From: Tissierellaceae bacterium
GTDB taxonomy: Bacteria; Bacillota; Clostridia; Tissierellales; Tissierellaceae
DNA: 64,000 nt
Direction: 5' to 3'
Assembly (NCBI GenBank): GCA_031460505.1
Contig: JAVKTT010000004.1
Span: 118,197-182,196, forward strand
Shown here one piece after another: positions 29,234 to 40,063 of this stretch. Under the pieces are notes generated by a model. It did not search any database, was not told where the DNA came from, and saw nothing but the letters and a program-made list of their open reading frames with translations. Numbering within the stretch: the stretch's first letter is position 1; each line of letters starts with the position of its first letter. Both the position numbers and the translations under genes were made by a program.

Positions 29234-29266
29234 CCCTTGAAAACAATTTAATTTAGTTTTCAAGGG
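29234..29266 (-). terminator. Hairpin between the vWA and macro genes
   Basis: cccttgaaaac / gttttcaaggg stem. On the minus strand it is followed by TTATTTCTT. Confidence 0.5.
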
Positions 29267-29275
29267 ATTATAGAA

Positions 29276-29929
29276 TTATCTTTTAGTTTTTCGTTTATAA
29301 AAATCCTCTTCGATACGTTCCTTCCAATCCTCTGCAATATCCAAATTTGAACGAATCTGGCTAACAGCTTCGCTTATTACTTCGTAATTTAATATAGTTC
29401 CTTCACAATCTGCATTATAGTTTGCTGCCCTATCTTTCTGAATTCCAACACGTTGGGCAGTTTCTATAGCATCGATATTTGCACCTAAAAATATGAACTC
29501 CCACCCATATTTACTTTTTTGATATTCTATCATCTGGCGAACTTTATCATAGCTAAATTCTCTGCTGGCATTCTCCATTCCATCAGTTGTAATTACAAAC
29601 AGAGTCTTTTCAGCTACTTCTTCTTTAGATGTGAACCTATGGGCATTGACAATCTTATTAATTGTATAACCTATTGCATCAAGTAGTGCAGTAGTGCCTC
29701 TAACATAATACTCTTTATCTGTAATAGGTTCTACACCTTTAATATTAATCCTATCATGTAATATCTCATATCTATCATCGAATAAAACTGTGGTGATAAC
29801 TGCATCACCTGGCTCATTTTTTTGTTTCCCTAACATGGAATTAAATCCACCGATTGTGTCACTTTCTAGTCCACTCATTGAACCACTTCTATCAATGATA
29901 AATACTAGTTCCGTTAACCCTTTTTTCAT
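29276..29929 (-). CDS. Cytosolic von Willebrand factor type A (vWA) domain protein
   Basis: MIDAS motif DRSGSMSG, with later TALLDA and TDGMEN. No signal peptide. Start at the ATG after GGAGGGTG. Confidence 0.8.
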   Translation of the reverse strand: MKKGLTELVFIIDRSGSMSGLESDTIGGFNSMLGKQKNEPGDAVITTVLFDDRYEILHDRINIKGVEPITDKEYYVRGTTALLDAIGYTINKIVNAHRFTSKEEVAEKTLFVITTDGMENASREFSYDKVRQMIEYQKSKYGWEFIFLGANIDAIETAQRVGIQKDRAANYNADCEGTILNYEVISEAVSQIRSNLDIAEDWKERIEEDFYKRKTKR

Positions 29930-30025
29930 GATATCACCCTCCAATTATTATTAATTAAAGGATAACATCTTTAACTACTACCTTGGTCGCATAGTAAGCG
30001 ACATTTTCTCATAACAGTAGACCCT

Positions 30026-32305
30026 TTAATGATTTCTAGTAAATGCTTGAGTTCCATAAAACTTATACTCTGAATCTTCCTTGTAGTAAACTCCTATACC
30101 TACATAATCTGCATCAGAAATTACCATGTTTGCCCTATGGCCAGGTGAGTTTAATAGTCCTTTAAATTGATCAAAACCATTTTGATCACCGGCTGCAAGA
30201 TTTTCAGCATATGGGAAGTGCTTCCCATTATTATCCCAATATCTATTGTAGTGAGACCTACCATCTAATCCGACATGTTCAAAGTAATTATTTTCTGCCA
30301 TATCTTTACTATGTTCCCTTGCAGATTTTAGCGCAATTTCATCAATTTTTAATGGATTTAAACCTTTAAATACTCTAAATGAATTAAGACAGTCAAATTC
30401 TTGAAACTCATATATTGGTAATATCTCTTCTTTGTCTACTCTAGTTTTCCATAAACTTATGGATGATTCTTCTTTTATCATAACACCATACAATATCTTT
30501 CCACCAAACACATCTATATAATAATCTATATTAGGAGAGCTAGGTAGATTTTCCTCAAATTCTCCATACTTTATTGTATCATTTACAACAAAATTAGTAT
30601 GACTTGTATATATGGCAGCTACCTTATCCTTTGAAAATCCGATCATTACAAATTTAGAATAGTCTTTATTATATACATACCACTTAAGATTTGTAACCTT
30701 ATCATCTATACGGTCTGGTTGGCCAAGTACTTGTGAAACTCTACTTAAACTGTCCCCTAGGGTTATTTTTATATCTCTAATGGACACTCCAAGTTTCTCT
30801 GATGTGTTGATTTCTATTTGTCTTTTTTCGTTGTTATAATCAACATCAAACATCAAATATTTGCCTAAATCCCTTAATTTAAAGTAGTTATATCCTTCAA
30901 TTGTATAACACTCTAAGTTTTCTTGTTTATGATTAATATACAATTTAGAATTTGATGGTACTGCACTTATCTTAGTATCTTTAACCTCAGCCATTTCTCC
31001 ACCTACAGCTATATAGTCTAAACCAGAGCTTAATAAAATGGAATTAGCATAGTTATCCCAATATACATTAAAATACTTTGGTGTTGATTTTAAGGCATAA
31101 GCAATATCTCTAAGTTTATAATAACTAGTGTCGTCTATTAAGTATGAGCCTATTGATATCTCTTTGCCATCAATAAGTACTTTCAATTTATTCGGAAGTG
31201 CAGTCTTGTCCTTTGGCTTTTCTGCTACAGTTTCTTTTATTGGTGTACTACCCTTTACGACTCTTAGCAACGATGAGTTATTAACTGTAGCTACTCCATT
31301 TCTTACAACTGTAATATCATTATAAATAAGAGGACTTAATTCTTCTCCTGTTTTATCAATATAGCCCCATTTTAGATTATCATATTCATCTTTTTTAGCT
31401 ACTGAACAAATGCCCTCACTAAAACCTCCTACTTGGTCATATATAAGAGGTATTACAATTTCAAAATTTTCATCAATAAATCCCCATTTCCCATCCTTAT
31501 ATACACCACATAGGCCCCCTATATAACCATGTATATAATCATATTGAAATTCTAATACAGTTTTTCCTTTTGTATCTATAAAACCCCATTTGCCCTCATA
31601 ACATACTGGAGCTATGCCATTATCGAAACTACGAACACTATCATATTTTGCTATGATTACTATATCATCATTCTTATTAATAAAACCAAATTTATAGTCT
31701 TTTCTGTAGAATGCCAAGCCTTCACTAAAAGCTCCAACTTCCTCGTACTTAAAAGCTGTAACAATCTTGCCAGTTTTATCTATATGCCCCATACCTAAAG
31801 GTGTATTAAAATAGTCGCCAGACACACGAGCTAACCCTTCTGAAAACTGTCCAGCATAGATATAGTGATATGGTATTACAAGCTTTCCACTTTTATCTAT
31901 GTATCCACGTTTACCATCTTCGTTGGTAACTGGAGCTAGCCCCTCTATAAAAGAGCCACCATCATTAAAAACAAAAGGAATTACAACTTCACCATTTTTA
32001 TCTATATATCCCGCTTTTCCACCACGCTTAACACGTGCAAGGCCTTCAGAAAAATCTAGTGCAAAATCATATATACAAGGTATTACCTCTTCACCATTTT
32101 CATCGATAAATCCCCATTTCCCATTGTAAAAACTTCCATGTCTCACTACAGCACGTCCCTCAGAAAATGCCCAAATCATTGAATATGTCTGTCCACTTTT
32201 AAATGGTTCCTCAATTAGCTTAATCTCATCATCTGCATGTGCCACTCCAGTAATAAAAGTGATTAAAAAAATCAAAATCAATGTTAATTTTAAATGTTTT
32301 TTCAA
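30026..32305 (-). CDS. Secreted multidomain protein: WG (KWG) repeats, copper-amine-oxidase-N-like stalk domains and a C-terminal CAP/SCP domain
   Basis: Signal peptide. About 9 repeats of the type KWGFIDENGEEVIPxxYD, two YYKLRD-containing domains, and the C-terminus SAREHSKDMAENNYFEH...GHRANM. TTG start. Confidence 0.7.
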   Translation of the reverse strand: MKKHLKLTLILIFLITFITGVAHADDEIKLIEEPFKSGQTYSMIWAFSEGRAVVRHGSFYNGKWGFIDENGEEVIPCIYDFALDFSEGLARVKRGGKAGYIDKNGEVVIPFVFNDGGSFIEGLAPVTNEDGKRGYIDKSGKLVIPYHYIYAGQFSEGLARVSGDYFNTPLGMGHIDKTGKIVTAFKYEEVGAFSEGLAFYRKDYKFGFINKNDDIVIIAKYDSVRSFDNGIAPVCYEGKWGFIDTKGKTVLEFQYDYIHGYIGGLCGVYKDGKWGFIDENFEIVIPLIYDQVGGFSEGICSVAKKDEYDNLKWGYIDKTGEELSPLIYNDITVVRNGVATVNNSSLLRVVKGSTPIKETVAEKPKDKTALPNKLKVLIDGKEISIGSYLIDDTSYYKLRDIAYALKSTPKYFNVYWDNYANSILLSSGLDYIAVGGEMAEVKDTKISAVPSNSKLYINHKQENLECYTIEGYNYFKLRDLGKYLMFDVDYNNEKRQIEINTSEKLGVSIRDIKITLGDSLSRVSQVLGQPDRIDDKVTNLKWYVYNKDYSKFVMIGFSKDKVAAIYTSHTNFVVNDTIKYGEFEENLPSSPNIDYYIDVFGGKILYGVMIKEESSISLWKTRVDKEEILPIYEFQEFDCLNSFRVFKGLNPLKIDEIALKSAREHSKDMAENNYFEHVGLDGRSHYNRYWDNNGKHFPYAENLAAGDQNGFDQFKGLLNSPGHRANMVISDADYVGIGVYYKEDSEYKFYGTQAFTRNH

Positions 32306-32401
32306 GTTAATACCCCCAATTAGAATTTTTTAATTCAATTTGCATTATTACTTATTTATCTAAAATCAAGGGAAATCCTTCTTTTAATCTGGAATTAGAA
32401 T

Positions 32402-33523
32402 CTAATCCTTATTCATATTAATATACTTTAAAATTTTATTGCTTGCTTTTAGCCCATTACCTGAAATAACAATGACCGTTGTCTCACTTGAATTGATTAT
32501 TCCATCCTTAATTAGTTTAGAAGCACCAGCAAAGGCAGTTGCAGATGTTGGCTCAATGAAATATCCTTTTTTACAGATGTTTCTTAAAGCTTGAAGTATC
32601 TCTTCTTCAGTAACTTCTAGCACATTTCCTTTAGATACTTGTATAGCTTTTATAACCTCATCTATGTGACTTGAGAATTTTAGAGCAATACCTTCTCCAA
32701 CAGTAGGTTCAGCATCAAACACTTCAGATAATCCATGAAACTTACGATAGATAGGGTTACAATTTTGAGTTTGAATACCATAAATTTTTGGAAGGTGTTT
32801 TACTTCTCCATTTTTGAGTAGTTCTTGGAAACCTTGTTCTAAAGCAAGTGGCAGACTTCCATTACCAGTTGGTACTATAATATTATCTGGAGCAGAAAAA
32901 TTAAATTGTTCCCATAATTCGTATGCTATTGATTTAACTCCTTCTATGAAATAAGGATTCCAGTTATGACTAGCATAAACTCCTTCAATGTCTGATTGTG
33001 CTGCTCGTGCAGTTTCTTCACGAGGCCCTGGTATTTGATGAATCATAGCCCCAGAACTAATGACTTGTCCTATTTTACCTTCAGAAGTGCCTTCAGGTAC
33101 ATATATACTGCATTCTATACCAGCTTTTGCAGCATATTCTGCTACGGATGCACCTGCATTACCAGAGGAATCTTCGGTAATCTTCTTTACTCCTTTTAAT
33201 GCCAAATAATTAATCATCATAGCAACTCCACGATCTTTAAAAGAACCCGTAGGCATCAAAGCATCATTTTTAATATAGATATCAATATTTTCCCAAGTAT
33301 CTTTTACTAATGGAGTCATGCCTTCACCAAATGTTGAAATTAGTTCTTCTTTTTTTATAGGATATGCTTTATCATAGCGCCATTGAGTAAAATCATTCTG
33401 ACGAATATCTTCTCGCTTAAATTCTACTTCTCTATTTAGCCATAAAGATCCTCCACATTCACATCTCCACCCTTTAAAGCTATCATCATATTTGTTACCA
33501 CAAGTTCTACATATAAACTCCAT
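32402..33523 (-). CDS. Threonine synthase-like PLP-dependent enzyme with an N-terminal zinc ribbon
   Basis: CRTCGNKY...WRCECGG ribbon, PLP-lysine motif PTGSFKDRG and SSGNAG loop. Confidence 0.7.
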   Translation of the reverse strand: MEFICRTCGNKYDDSFKGWRCECGGSLWLNREVEFKREDIRQNDFTQWRYDKAYPIKKEELISTFGEGMTPLVKDTWENIDIYIKNDALMPTGSFKDRGVAMMINYLALKGVKKITEDSSGNAGASVAEYAAKAGIECSIYVPEGTSEGKIGQVISSGAMIHQIPGPREETARAAQSDIEGVYASHNWNPYFIEGVKSIAYELWEQFNFSAPDNIIVPTGNGSLPLALEQGFQELLKNGEVKHLPKIYGIQTQNCNPIYRKFHGLSEVFDAEPTVGEGIALKFSSHIDEVIKAIQVSKGNVLEVTEEEILQALRNICKKGYFIEPTSATAFAGASKLIKDGIINSSETTVIVISGNGLKASNKILKYINMNKD

Positions 33524-33652
33524 GACTAAACCCCTTTCTTACTCATCGTTTTATTAAAATCTCCAAACTCCCATATACTTCCATTATACCAATAAACTTA
33601 TAAATTTCTTCAATTATTTGAACTTTTTGTATTGTTTTTCAAAATAAGTAAA

Positions 33653-33679
33653 CCCTTGAAAACCAATTGTTTTCAAGGG
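33653..33679 (-). terminator. Terminator after the YbjN-like gene
   Basis: cccttgaaaac / gttttcaaggg stem. The minus strand continues TTTACTTATTTT. Confidence 0.55.
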
Positions 33680-33695
33680 CTGTTTATTACAAACA

Positions 33696-34134
33696 TCAAG
33701 ACCATATAATTCTCATTAATCTTGGATAATCCTCTTCAATAATATCTAATACACCAAATATTAATCTCATTACAATATCACTTTTAAAATTATTATCAAA
33801 CAATGCAAAAGACTGCAGCATAAGCGAATTATCAATTAATACATACTTGAAATACGTGTATTTAGCATTTAGTGTATTTAGCATTTAGTTCATTTATTAC
33901 TTCGTACAAATAATTTTTCTTAACAGGATTAAATCCACCTAAAAAATCTGCACCTGCAACTGCAACCATGTAATCATCCTTTGCAAAATGAACTAACATC
34001 CTGACTTTTCCGACTGTCTTTAAAATTTCTCTAAACTCAATAATTGTATCACCACTATCTGTCTCAATAAATTCAAAATCCATATCATTGCTTTGAGTAA
34101 ATTTTTTAAACTCTTGTGCATTCTTTGTTAACAT
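33696..34134 (-). pseudogene. YbjN-like protein gene split by a 16-bp tandem duplication
   Basis: Track ORFs 33862-34134 and 33696-33884 overlap at a duplicated NAKYT. Removing one 16-bp copy fuses them into a single ~140-aa ORF (...VINELNAKYTYFKYVLIDNS...). Confidence 0.6.
33857..33888. repeat. Perfect 2 x 16-bp tandem duplication (tgtatttagcatttag)
   Basis: 33857-33872 and 33873-33888 are identical, as read directly. Confidence 0.95.
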
Positions 34135-34208
34135 AAAATTTCCCCCTTATATATTTGTATTTTAATTAAACCTTATAAATACCTAATGTGAATATTGGTC
34201 ATTATGAC

Positions 34209-35105
34209 TTATTCTTCCATAAGAAAATAATGTCCCTTTTCTGCTTCAATCCAAGTCTCTTTTGATCTTTGATTTAATTTTGGTTCATATATCAATACTC
34301 TTTTTTCTCTCTCTTTTATTGGGTCTGGATAAGGTATAGCTGATAATAGTGCTTTTGTATAGGGATGAATAGGATTCGAAAATAGCTGTTCTGTTTCTCC
34401 TAATTCAACGATTTTACCCTTATGTATAACAGCTACCCTATCTGCTATGTACCTTACTATGGATAAATCATGTGCTATGAACAAATAGGTAAGCCCCTTC
34501 TTTTCTTGAAGCTCTGATAATAGGTTTAATACTTGTGCTCTTATGGATACGTCTAATGCCGATATGGGTTCATCTGCAATGATAAACTTGGGCTCCATGA
34601 TGAGTGCTCTTGCAATACCGATTCTTTGCCTTTGACCTCCTGAAAATTCATGGGGAAATCTTGATGCAAACTCAGGTAATAGCCCTACGTCCATTAGTGC
34701 GCTGGCTACCTTTTCTTTTCGTTCTTCTTCTGATTTATAATTCTTAAGATTATAAAGGCCTTCTGATACTATATAATCAACCTTTGCCCTTTCGTTTAAT
34801 GAAGCCATAGGGTCTTGGAAAATCATTTGAATATTTTTAGTGACTTCTTTATCTAATTCTTTGTCAATATCTCCTGATATTCTCTTGCCCTCAAAGATAA
34901 TCTCTCCACCAGTCACCTCATTGATCCTTATAATTGCCCGACCTATGGTTGTCTTGCCTGATCCAGATTCACCTACTAAGCCGAAGGTTTCTCCCTTATA
35001 TATCTGAAAACTTACATTATCTACAGCAGTAAACTTTTTCTTTCTTCCCATTTGAAACTGAACTGTAAGATTTTTCACTTCTAATATAGCTTCTCTATTT
35101 TCCAA
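34209..35105 (-). CDS. oppF: Oligopeptide ABC transporter ATP-binding protein OppF
   Basis: Walker [10 protein letters not shown], signature FSGGQRQR and Walker B IIADEP. TTG start overlaps the oppD end. Confidence 0.85.
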   Translation of the reverse strand: MENREAILEVKNLTVQFQMGRKKKFTAVDNVSFQIYKGETFGLVGESGSGKTTIGRAIIRINEVTGGEIIFEGKRISGDIDKELDKEVTKNIQMIFQDPMASLNERAKVDYIVSEGLYNLKNYKSEEERKEKVASALMDVGLLPEFASRFPHEFSGGQRQRIGIARALIMEPKFIIADEPISALDVSIRAQVLNLLSELQEKKGLTYLFIAHDLSIVRYIADRVAVIHKGKIVELGETEQLFSNPIHPYTKALLSAIPYPDPIKEREKRVLIYEPKLNQRSKETWIEAEKGHYFLMEE

Positions 35106-36147
35106 GTATATCCCCTCCCCACTTTTTTCTCATAGATTTAATGGATTCTGGAGGTTCTACTTTTGGTGCACGAGGGTCTAATAACCAAGTCTTGACTTTA
35201 TGGGTAGGGCTTACTTCAAAATATGGTGGTCTTTCAATAAAGTCTACCTCCAAAGCCTTAGGGTTTCTCGGTGCAAATGCATCTCCTTTAATTTCATAGA
35301 ATAGATTTGGTGGTGTCCCTTTTATTGAATATAAAGGCTCTCCTTTAACACCTAATTGGGGTAATGATGACAACAATGCCCAGGTATAGGGATGCTGGGC
35401 ATTATAGAATATTTCCTCTGACAAGCCTACTTCAATAATATCTCCGCTATACATAACAGCTATTCTATCTGCTACATTGGCTACTACACCTAAATCATGG
35501 GTTATATATATTGTAGTGAGTGAATATTTCTTTTTTAAATCTTTTAGTAAATTAAGTATCTGTGCTTGTATAGTTACATCTAATGCTGTAGTAGGTTCAT
35601 CACATATCAAAATCTTTGGATTACAAGCTATAGCGATTGCAATAACTACCCTTTGCCTCATACCTCCTGAAAACTCATGGGGATATTGATTGTATCTTTT
35701 CTCAGGATTATCTATACCTACATCATCTAAAATTTTAATGACAACATCCTTGGCAACTTTCCCTTTCAATCCTTGATGAAGCTCTACTGATTCTTTGACC
35801 TGTTTTCCTATTGTTTTTAGAGGATTAAGAGCTGTCATAGGTTCTTGAAATATCATGGCTATTTCTTTCCCTCTAATCGATAACCACTCTTCCTCAGTTG
35901 AGAATTTGGCTAGATCCTTATCTTTATAGATAATTGAGCCTGAGTCAATCCATCCGTTTTTATCCAATAAACCCATAAAGGATTTAGTAAATACTGATTT
36001 ACCTGAGCCAGACTCTCCTACTATTGCTAGACTTTCCCCTTCAACTATATCTAAAGATATTTCCCTAATTGCAGTTAATACTTTTCCTCTAAGGCGAAAC
36101 TTAACTACTATGTCTTCAGTTGATAATATTATATTGTTATTATTCAT
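35095..36147 (-). CDS. oppD: Oligopeptide ABC transporter ATP-binding protein OppD
   Basis: [17 protein letters not shown] and LICDEP. Start at MNNNNIIL after AGAGGTGA. The track's longer start overlaps oppC. Confidence 0.85.
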   Translation of the reverse strand: MNNNNIILSTEDIVVKFRLRGKVLTAIREISLDIVEGESLAIVGESGSGKSVFTKSFMGLLDKNGWIDSGSIIYKDKDLAKFSTEEEWLSIRGKEIAMIFQEPMTALNPLKTIGKQVKESVELHQGLKGKVAKDVVIKILDDVGIDNPEKRYNQYPHEFSGGMRQRVVIAIAIACNPKILICDEPTTALDVTIQAQILNLLKDLKKKYSLTTIYITHDLGVVANVADRIAVMYSGDIIEVGLSEEIFYNAQHPYTWALLSSLPQLGVKGEPLYSIKGTPPNLFYEIKGDAFAPRNPKALEVDFIERPPYFEVSPTHKVKTWLLDPRAPKVEPPESIKSMRKKWGGDILGK

Positions 36148-36157
36148 AGTCTCACCT

Positions 36158-37126
36158 CTACACATGATTTCTTGGATCTGCTGCATCTGCAAACACATTT
36201 CCAATTACATAAAATGATATAGTTATGATGGATAAAACAATTGCGGGAAATATTAGCTGATACCTAAGGGTTGAATTCATCATTACTAATCTTCCTTCAT
36301 TGATTAAATTTCCTAAGGAAGGTATGCTTACAGGTAATCCAAGTCCTATATATGTTAGGAATACTTCAGAACCAATTGCAGCAGGTATAGCCAATGCTAA
36401 TCTAAGCATGATAACTGATACTAAGTATGGAAGTAAGTTTCTTGAAATAATTCTTCTAGTCGGTGTACCTAAACATCTAGATGCTAGATTGTATTCTCTA
36501 TCTCTAATAATTATTATTTGATTTCTTACGAATCTTGCCATTCCTAGCCAACCTGTAGCACACATGGCAAATATCATAGTCGAGATACTTGGCCTTAAAA
36601 TATATGTTAGTAGTACTAAAACTATAGTAGTTGGGATGTTATTGATTACATTGTAAATCTCAGTAATCAATCTATCTAATCTACGTACATAACCCCATAG
36701 TGCTCCAATGATGATTCCAATAATAGCTTCCCAGATACCAACCAAAATTCCAATAAATAAAGATGTACGCGTCCCGCTCCATATCCTAGCCCATAGGTCC
36801 TGACCAATAGAATTTGTTCCAAATATGAACTCTTTATTTGGTGGATGATTAACATATTGTATCTTTGTTTCTGGATTAATTGATATCTCAGTTGGGGATT
36901 TTTGATTTGGTAAATAAGGTTGAATTATTGTAAATGAAACTAACAATACTATGACAAACAACAAAAATAGGGCTATCTTATTTTTACTAAATACTTTAAA
37001 TGTAGAGCTCCAATAAGAATAATTTGAATATCCTCCAAACATGGCACGGCTATCACTATAACCAGCAAATCTAAATAGAGAACTATTTAAGTTGTCTGAG
37101 AACTTTTCTATTTTTCTGTTACCCAT
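36158..37126 (-). CDS. oppC: Oligopeptide ABC transporter permease OppC
   Basis: BPD-type permease with an EAA-like loop, positioned within the opp operon. Confidence 0.8.
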   Translation of the reverse strand: MGNRKIEKFSDNLNSSLFRFAGYSDSRAMFGGYSNYSYWSSTFKVFSKNKIALFLLFVIVLLVSFTIIQPYLPNQKSPTEISINPETKIQYVNHPPNKEFIFGTNSIGQDLWARIWSGTRTSLFIGILVGIWEAIIGIIIGALWGYVRRLDRLITEIYNVINNIPTTIVLVLLTYILRPSISTMIFAMCATGWLGMARFVRNQIIIIRDREYNLASRCLGTPTRRIISRNLLPYLVSVIMLRLALAIPAAIGSEVFLTYIGLGLPVSIPSLGNLINEGRLVMMNSTLRYQLIFPAIVLSIITISFYVIGNVFADAADPRNHV

Positions 37127-38070
37127 TATCTAGCACCTGCCTTTTTGGTAAGCTTTATCCTAGGGTCTAATAAAGCCATAAATATATCCCCTAGGAACAA
37201 TCCTATTATTCCTATAGATGAATATATAAGGACTAAAGCCTGAACTAATGTATTATCCTGTCTTTGAATTGCTGTAACTAAAAGCCCACCCATTCCAGGT
37301 ATTGAGTAAAGTGATTCAATATATATGGACCCTGCTATAGTAAATAAAATTGCACTAGGCAGATACTGTGCCATTGGTACAAAGGCATTCCTCATTACAT
37401 GAGAAACCATGATTTTTTTGTTACTTAGTCCCTTAGCCCTAGCTAACTTTACATAATCCTTATTTATCTCATCTAGCATATACCTACGCATCCACATTGC
37501 ATAGGAGGCCATACCTCCAAGGGACATAGACACAGTAGGCAATATCCATGAGATAGGATTTGACTGTGAATATAGCATAGGTATTTTAAGTACACCGGTT
37601 ACGTAGACCTGTAAGAAAAGATAATATATAGCTGCAGGTACTGCATTGATAAATACTATATAAGCAGTACCTAATTTATCCCAGAACCCCTTGGTATTTA
37701 GTGCCATCATTATCCCAAGTGGCAAACCTGCAACAAGGGATAATCCCATAGCACCTAAACCAAATTTCAATGAGTATGGAATTTTTTCAGACAGTATATT
37801 CCATATATCAACTTTTGGCCTATATATAATGGATTTACCAAGATCTCCTTTTAACAGTTGTTTGTAGAAGTCTAGCAATTGTTTATGAAGAGGATCTCTT
37901 AGTCCCATGCTTTCCAAAATCGCTTCCCTTTGAGCAAAGTCAAGTTTTTCATATCCATCTCCAAAATATCCTTCTTCAGGCATCAATCTCATCAAGGCAA
38001 AGACTATGCTAATAACTATTATCAATGTAATTATGGACTGAATTAGTCTTTTAAGTATATAAGTAAACAT
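37126..38070 (-). CDS. oppB: Oligopeptide ABC transporter permease OppB
   Basis: The N-terminus MFTYILKRLIQSIITL is typical of OppB/DppB. Start at the ATG after AGGAGAG. Confidence 0.8.
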   Translation of the reverse strand: MFTYILKRLIQSIITLIIVISIVFALMRLMPEEGYFGDGYEKLDFAQREAILESMGLRDPLHKQLLDFYKQLLKGDLGKSIIYRPKVDIWNILSEKIPYSLKFGLGAMGLSLVAGLPLGIMMALNTKGFWDKLGTAYIVFINAVPAAIYYLFLQVYVTGVLKIPMLYSQSNPISWILPTVSMSLGGMASYAMWMRRYMLDEINKDYVKLARAKGLSNKKIMVSHVMRNAFVPMAQYLPSAILFTIAGSIYIESLYSIPGMGGLLVTAIQRQDNTLVQALVLIYSSIGIIGLFLGDIFMALLDPRIKLTKKAGAR

Positions 38071-38130
38071 ATGTCTCTCCTCTTTTCTAATTATAATTAA
38101 TGTGTAAGGACATGCCTTACACATTTTGGG

Positions 38131-39963
38131 TTATTTGGCTTGTTTTAGAGCTTCGACTCGTTCAATATTCCAAACTGACAAAAGCTCATTAAATGTGTCT
38201 GTGTCCATAGGTTCTTCAAGGAGGTGGTGTCCTTTATATCTTTCTGATGAAACACCAAATGGCGAATATGCAGATTCAAATGGATTTAGTCTAGATGCCA
38301 CATATCCTCCTCCACCAACTCCATATGGTATGATAAATGCTTCATTGATTAAGAAAGCTTCTGCCTCTGCAAATAGATTAAGTCTCTTTTCTATATCAAC
38401 ACGCTCAACTTTCGCTTTATCAATCATATTTTCATATTTTGTCTTGCCATTTGATTCAGTATAACCTAAAGCTAAATGTGGCTTATTATAAGTTCCTGAT
38501 GGTATAAAAGGGTCTGTATAAGTTTCAGGATCTGCATAATCTGGACCCCAGTTGCATTCTAATAAAGCAAATTGTCCTGCTCTTCTAACGTCTTGTAAAA
38601 ATCCTGTAGGCGGTTTTGGTTCTATGACAATATCAATAAAATCTTTTCCTAATAGATTTTCTAATTGTTGTTCTATAACTTGAGCTCTATTAGTCCATCC
38701 AGCTGCCCCACCAGATGAGCTAGTATTATATGGCATAAGGACTTTTACAGGGAATGTGGCTACACCATCAAGATCTTTCATCGCCTTATCCTTATACTCT
38801 AAGGCCTTTTTATCATTGAATGTATCTACATCCACTATCTTTCCAAGTGTTCCAAGTTGTGTATAATCTGTTCCATTTAAGTCAACAAAGTCTTTAGGAG
38901 TTATTGTATTTTGTATTCTCTTTTCAGGATCATATGGTTCAGCAGTAATCATAGCAGCTTTCCTATCTAAAGCATGGAATATTGCCTTCCTAAAGTTGAC
39001 ATTGTTAACTGCTACTTTCCAATTATCAGGCTCATATTCTTCTGGGAATAAAGGATCAAAGTTAAAAGCATAAAAATATGAGTAATATGTTGTTCGATTA
39101 GGTCTAATCAATTTAGCCTTTGCTGAATCATTCATCCAATCATCAAGAATAGTTGATGGTATAGTTGCTGTATCGATTTCTCCTCTAGCAAAAAGTTCTG
39201 GTCCTAAAGTCTCTGCTTCACTATTAAAAGTAGCTACTAATCTTTCTATATTGACATTATTTTTATCCCAATACTTATCATTTTTCACAAGTATTCTTCT
39301 GTTTTGTGGTTCAAAAGTTTCTAAAATGTAGGCACCGTTGTATAAGATTTTTGTATTATCTGTACCAAATTCATCTCCAACTTCTACTAAAAATTCACCA
39401 TTTACAGGGAAAAAGCATACATATGTAACCATTGATAGAAAATATGGTACAGGCATCTCTAGGGTATACTCTAAGGTGTATTTGTCCTTAGCCTTTACAC
39501 CTACTTCATTAAAGTCTGTAATATCACCATTATAGTAACTTTCGGCATTCTTTAGCACACCATAGGCGATATTTGCACTTCGTGATTCATTGGTAGGATC
39601 TAAGATATACTCCATAGCATCTACGAAATCCTGCGCTGTTACTTCTGCATACTCTTTTAGATCATTTGTATACCATTTTACGCCTTCTCTTAGTTTAAAT
39701 GTCCAAACTAAGTTGTCATCTGAAACTGACCATTCTGTTGCTAATGCTGGTTTAGGTACACCATATGGATCATAATCTATTAGAGTGTCTACTAGATTGG
39801 CTGCTAAACCAAATTCATTGGTTGATGTAGTTACAAGGTAATTTAGCGTAGTAACTTCCCCTGAATAAACCCAACGGTATTCAGATTTATCTTTAACATT
39901 TGTACTTGCACATCCTGATAGTACAATTGCTATAACTAAAGTTAAAATAATTATCTTCTTCAT
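38131..39963 (-). CDS. oppA: Oligopeptide-binding lipoprotein OppA (family 5 SBP)
   Basis: Lipobox VLSGC. 610 aa and first gene of the operon. Confidence 0.8.
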   Translation of the reverse strand: MKKIIILTLVIAIVLSGCASTNVKDKSEYRWVYSGEVTTLNYLVTTSTNEFGLAANLVDTLIDYDPYGVPKPALATEWSVSDDNLVWTFKLREGVKWYTNDLKEYAEVTAQDFVDAMEYILDPTNESRSANIAYGVLKNAESYYNGDITDFNEVGVKAKDKYTLEYTLEMPVPYFLSMVTYVCFFPVNGEFLVEVGDEFGTDNTKILYNGAYILETFEPQNRRILVKNDKYWDKNNVNIERLVATFNSEAETLGPELFARGEIDTATIPSTILDDWMNDSAKAKLIRPNRTTYYSYFYAFNFDPLFPEEYEPDNWKVAVNNVNFRKAIFHALDRKAAMITAEPYDPEKRIQNTITPKDFVDLNGTDYTQLGTLGKIVDVDTFNDKKALEYKDKAMKDLDGVATFPVKVLMPYNTSSSGGAAGWTNRAQVIEQQLENLLGKDFIDIVIEPKPPTGFLQDVRRAGQFALLECNWGPDYADPETYTDPFIPSGTYNKPHLALGYTESNGKTKYENMIDKAKVERVDIEKRLNLFAEAEAFLINEAFIIPYGVGGGGYVASRLNPFESAYSPFGVSSERYKGHHLLEEPMDTDTFNELLSVWNIERVEALKQAK

Positions 39964-40063
39964 GATACCCTCCTCTACTTTTATGAATTATTTGTCTATA
40001 TATATGTATATTAGTGGAGATAGATATTTATTATTAATTTTAGAATTAGATTTTAATTTACAT

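Noticed and set aside
33524-33695. A riboswitch or T-box upstream of the ThrC-like gene, with similar checks upstream of the aminotransferase (7225-7374) and oppA (39964-40095).
   Set aside because: The leaders are short, very AT-rich, and lack the conserved cores I know (T-box, SAM, lysine, glycine). For the ThrC-like gene, the only promoter-like hexamers I found are spaced 19 nt apart, which is suboptimal.
35095-38124. Long N-terminal extensions in the track for oppD (start 36204) and oppB (start 38124).
   Set aside because: The extensions overlap the preceding gene or intergenic DNA, lack an SD and add non-homologous residues. Internal ATGs (36147 and 38070) follow good SDs and give canonical N-termini.
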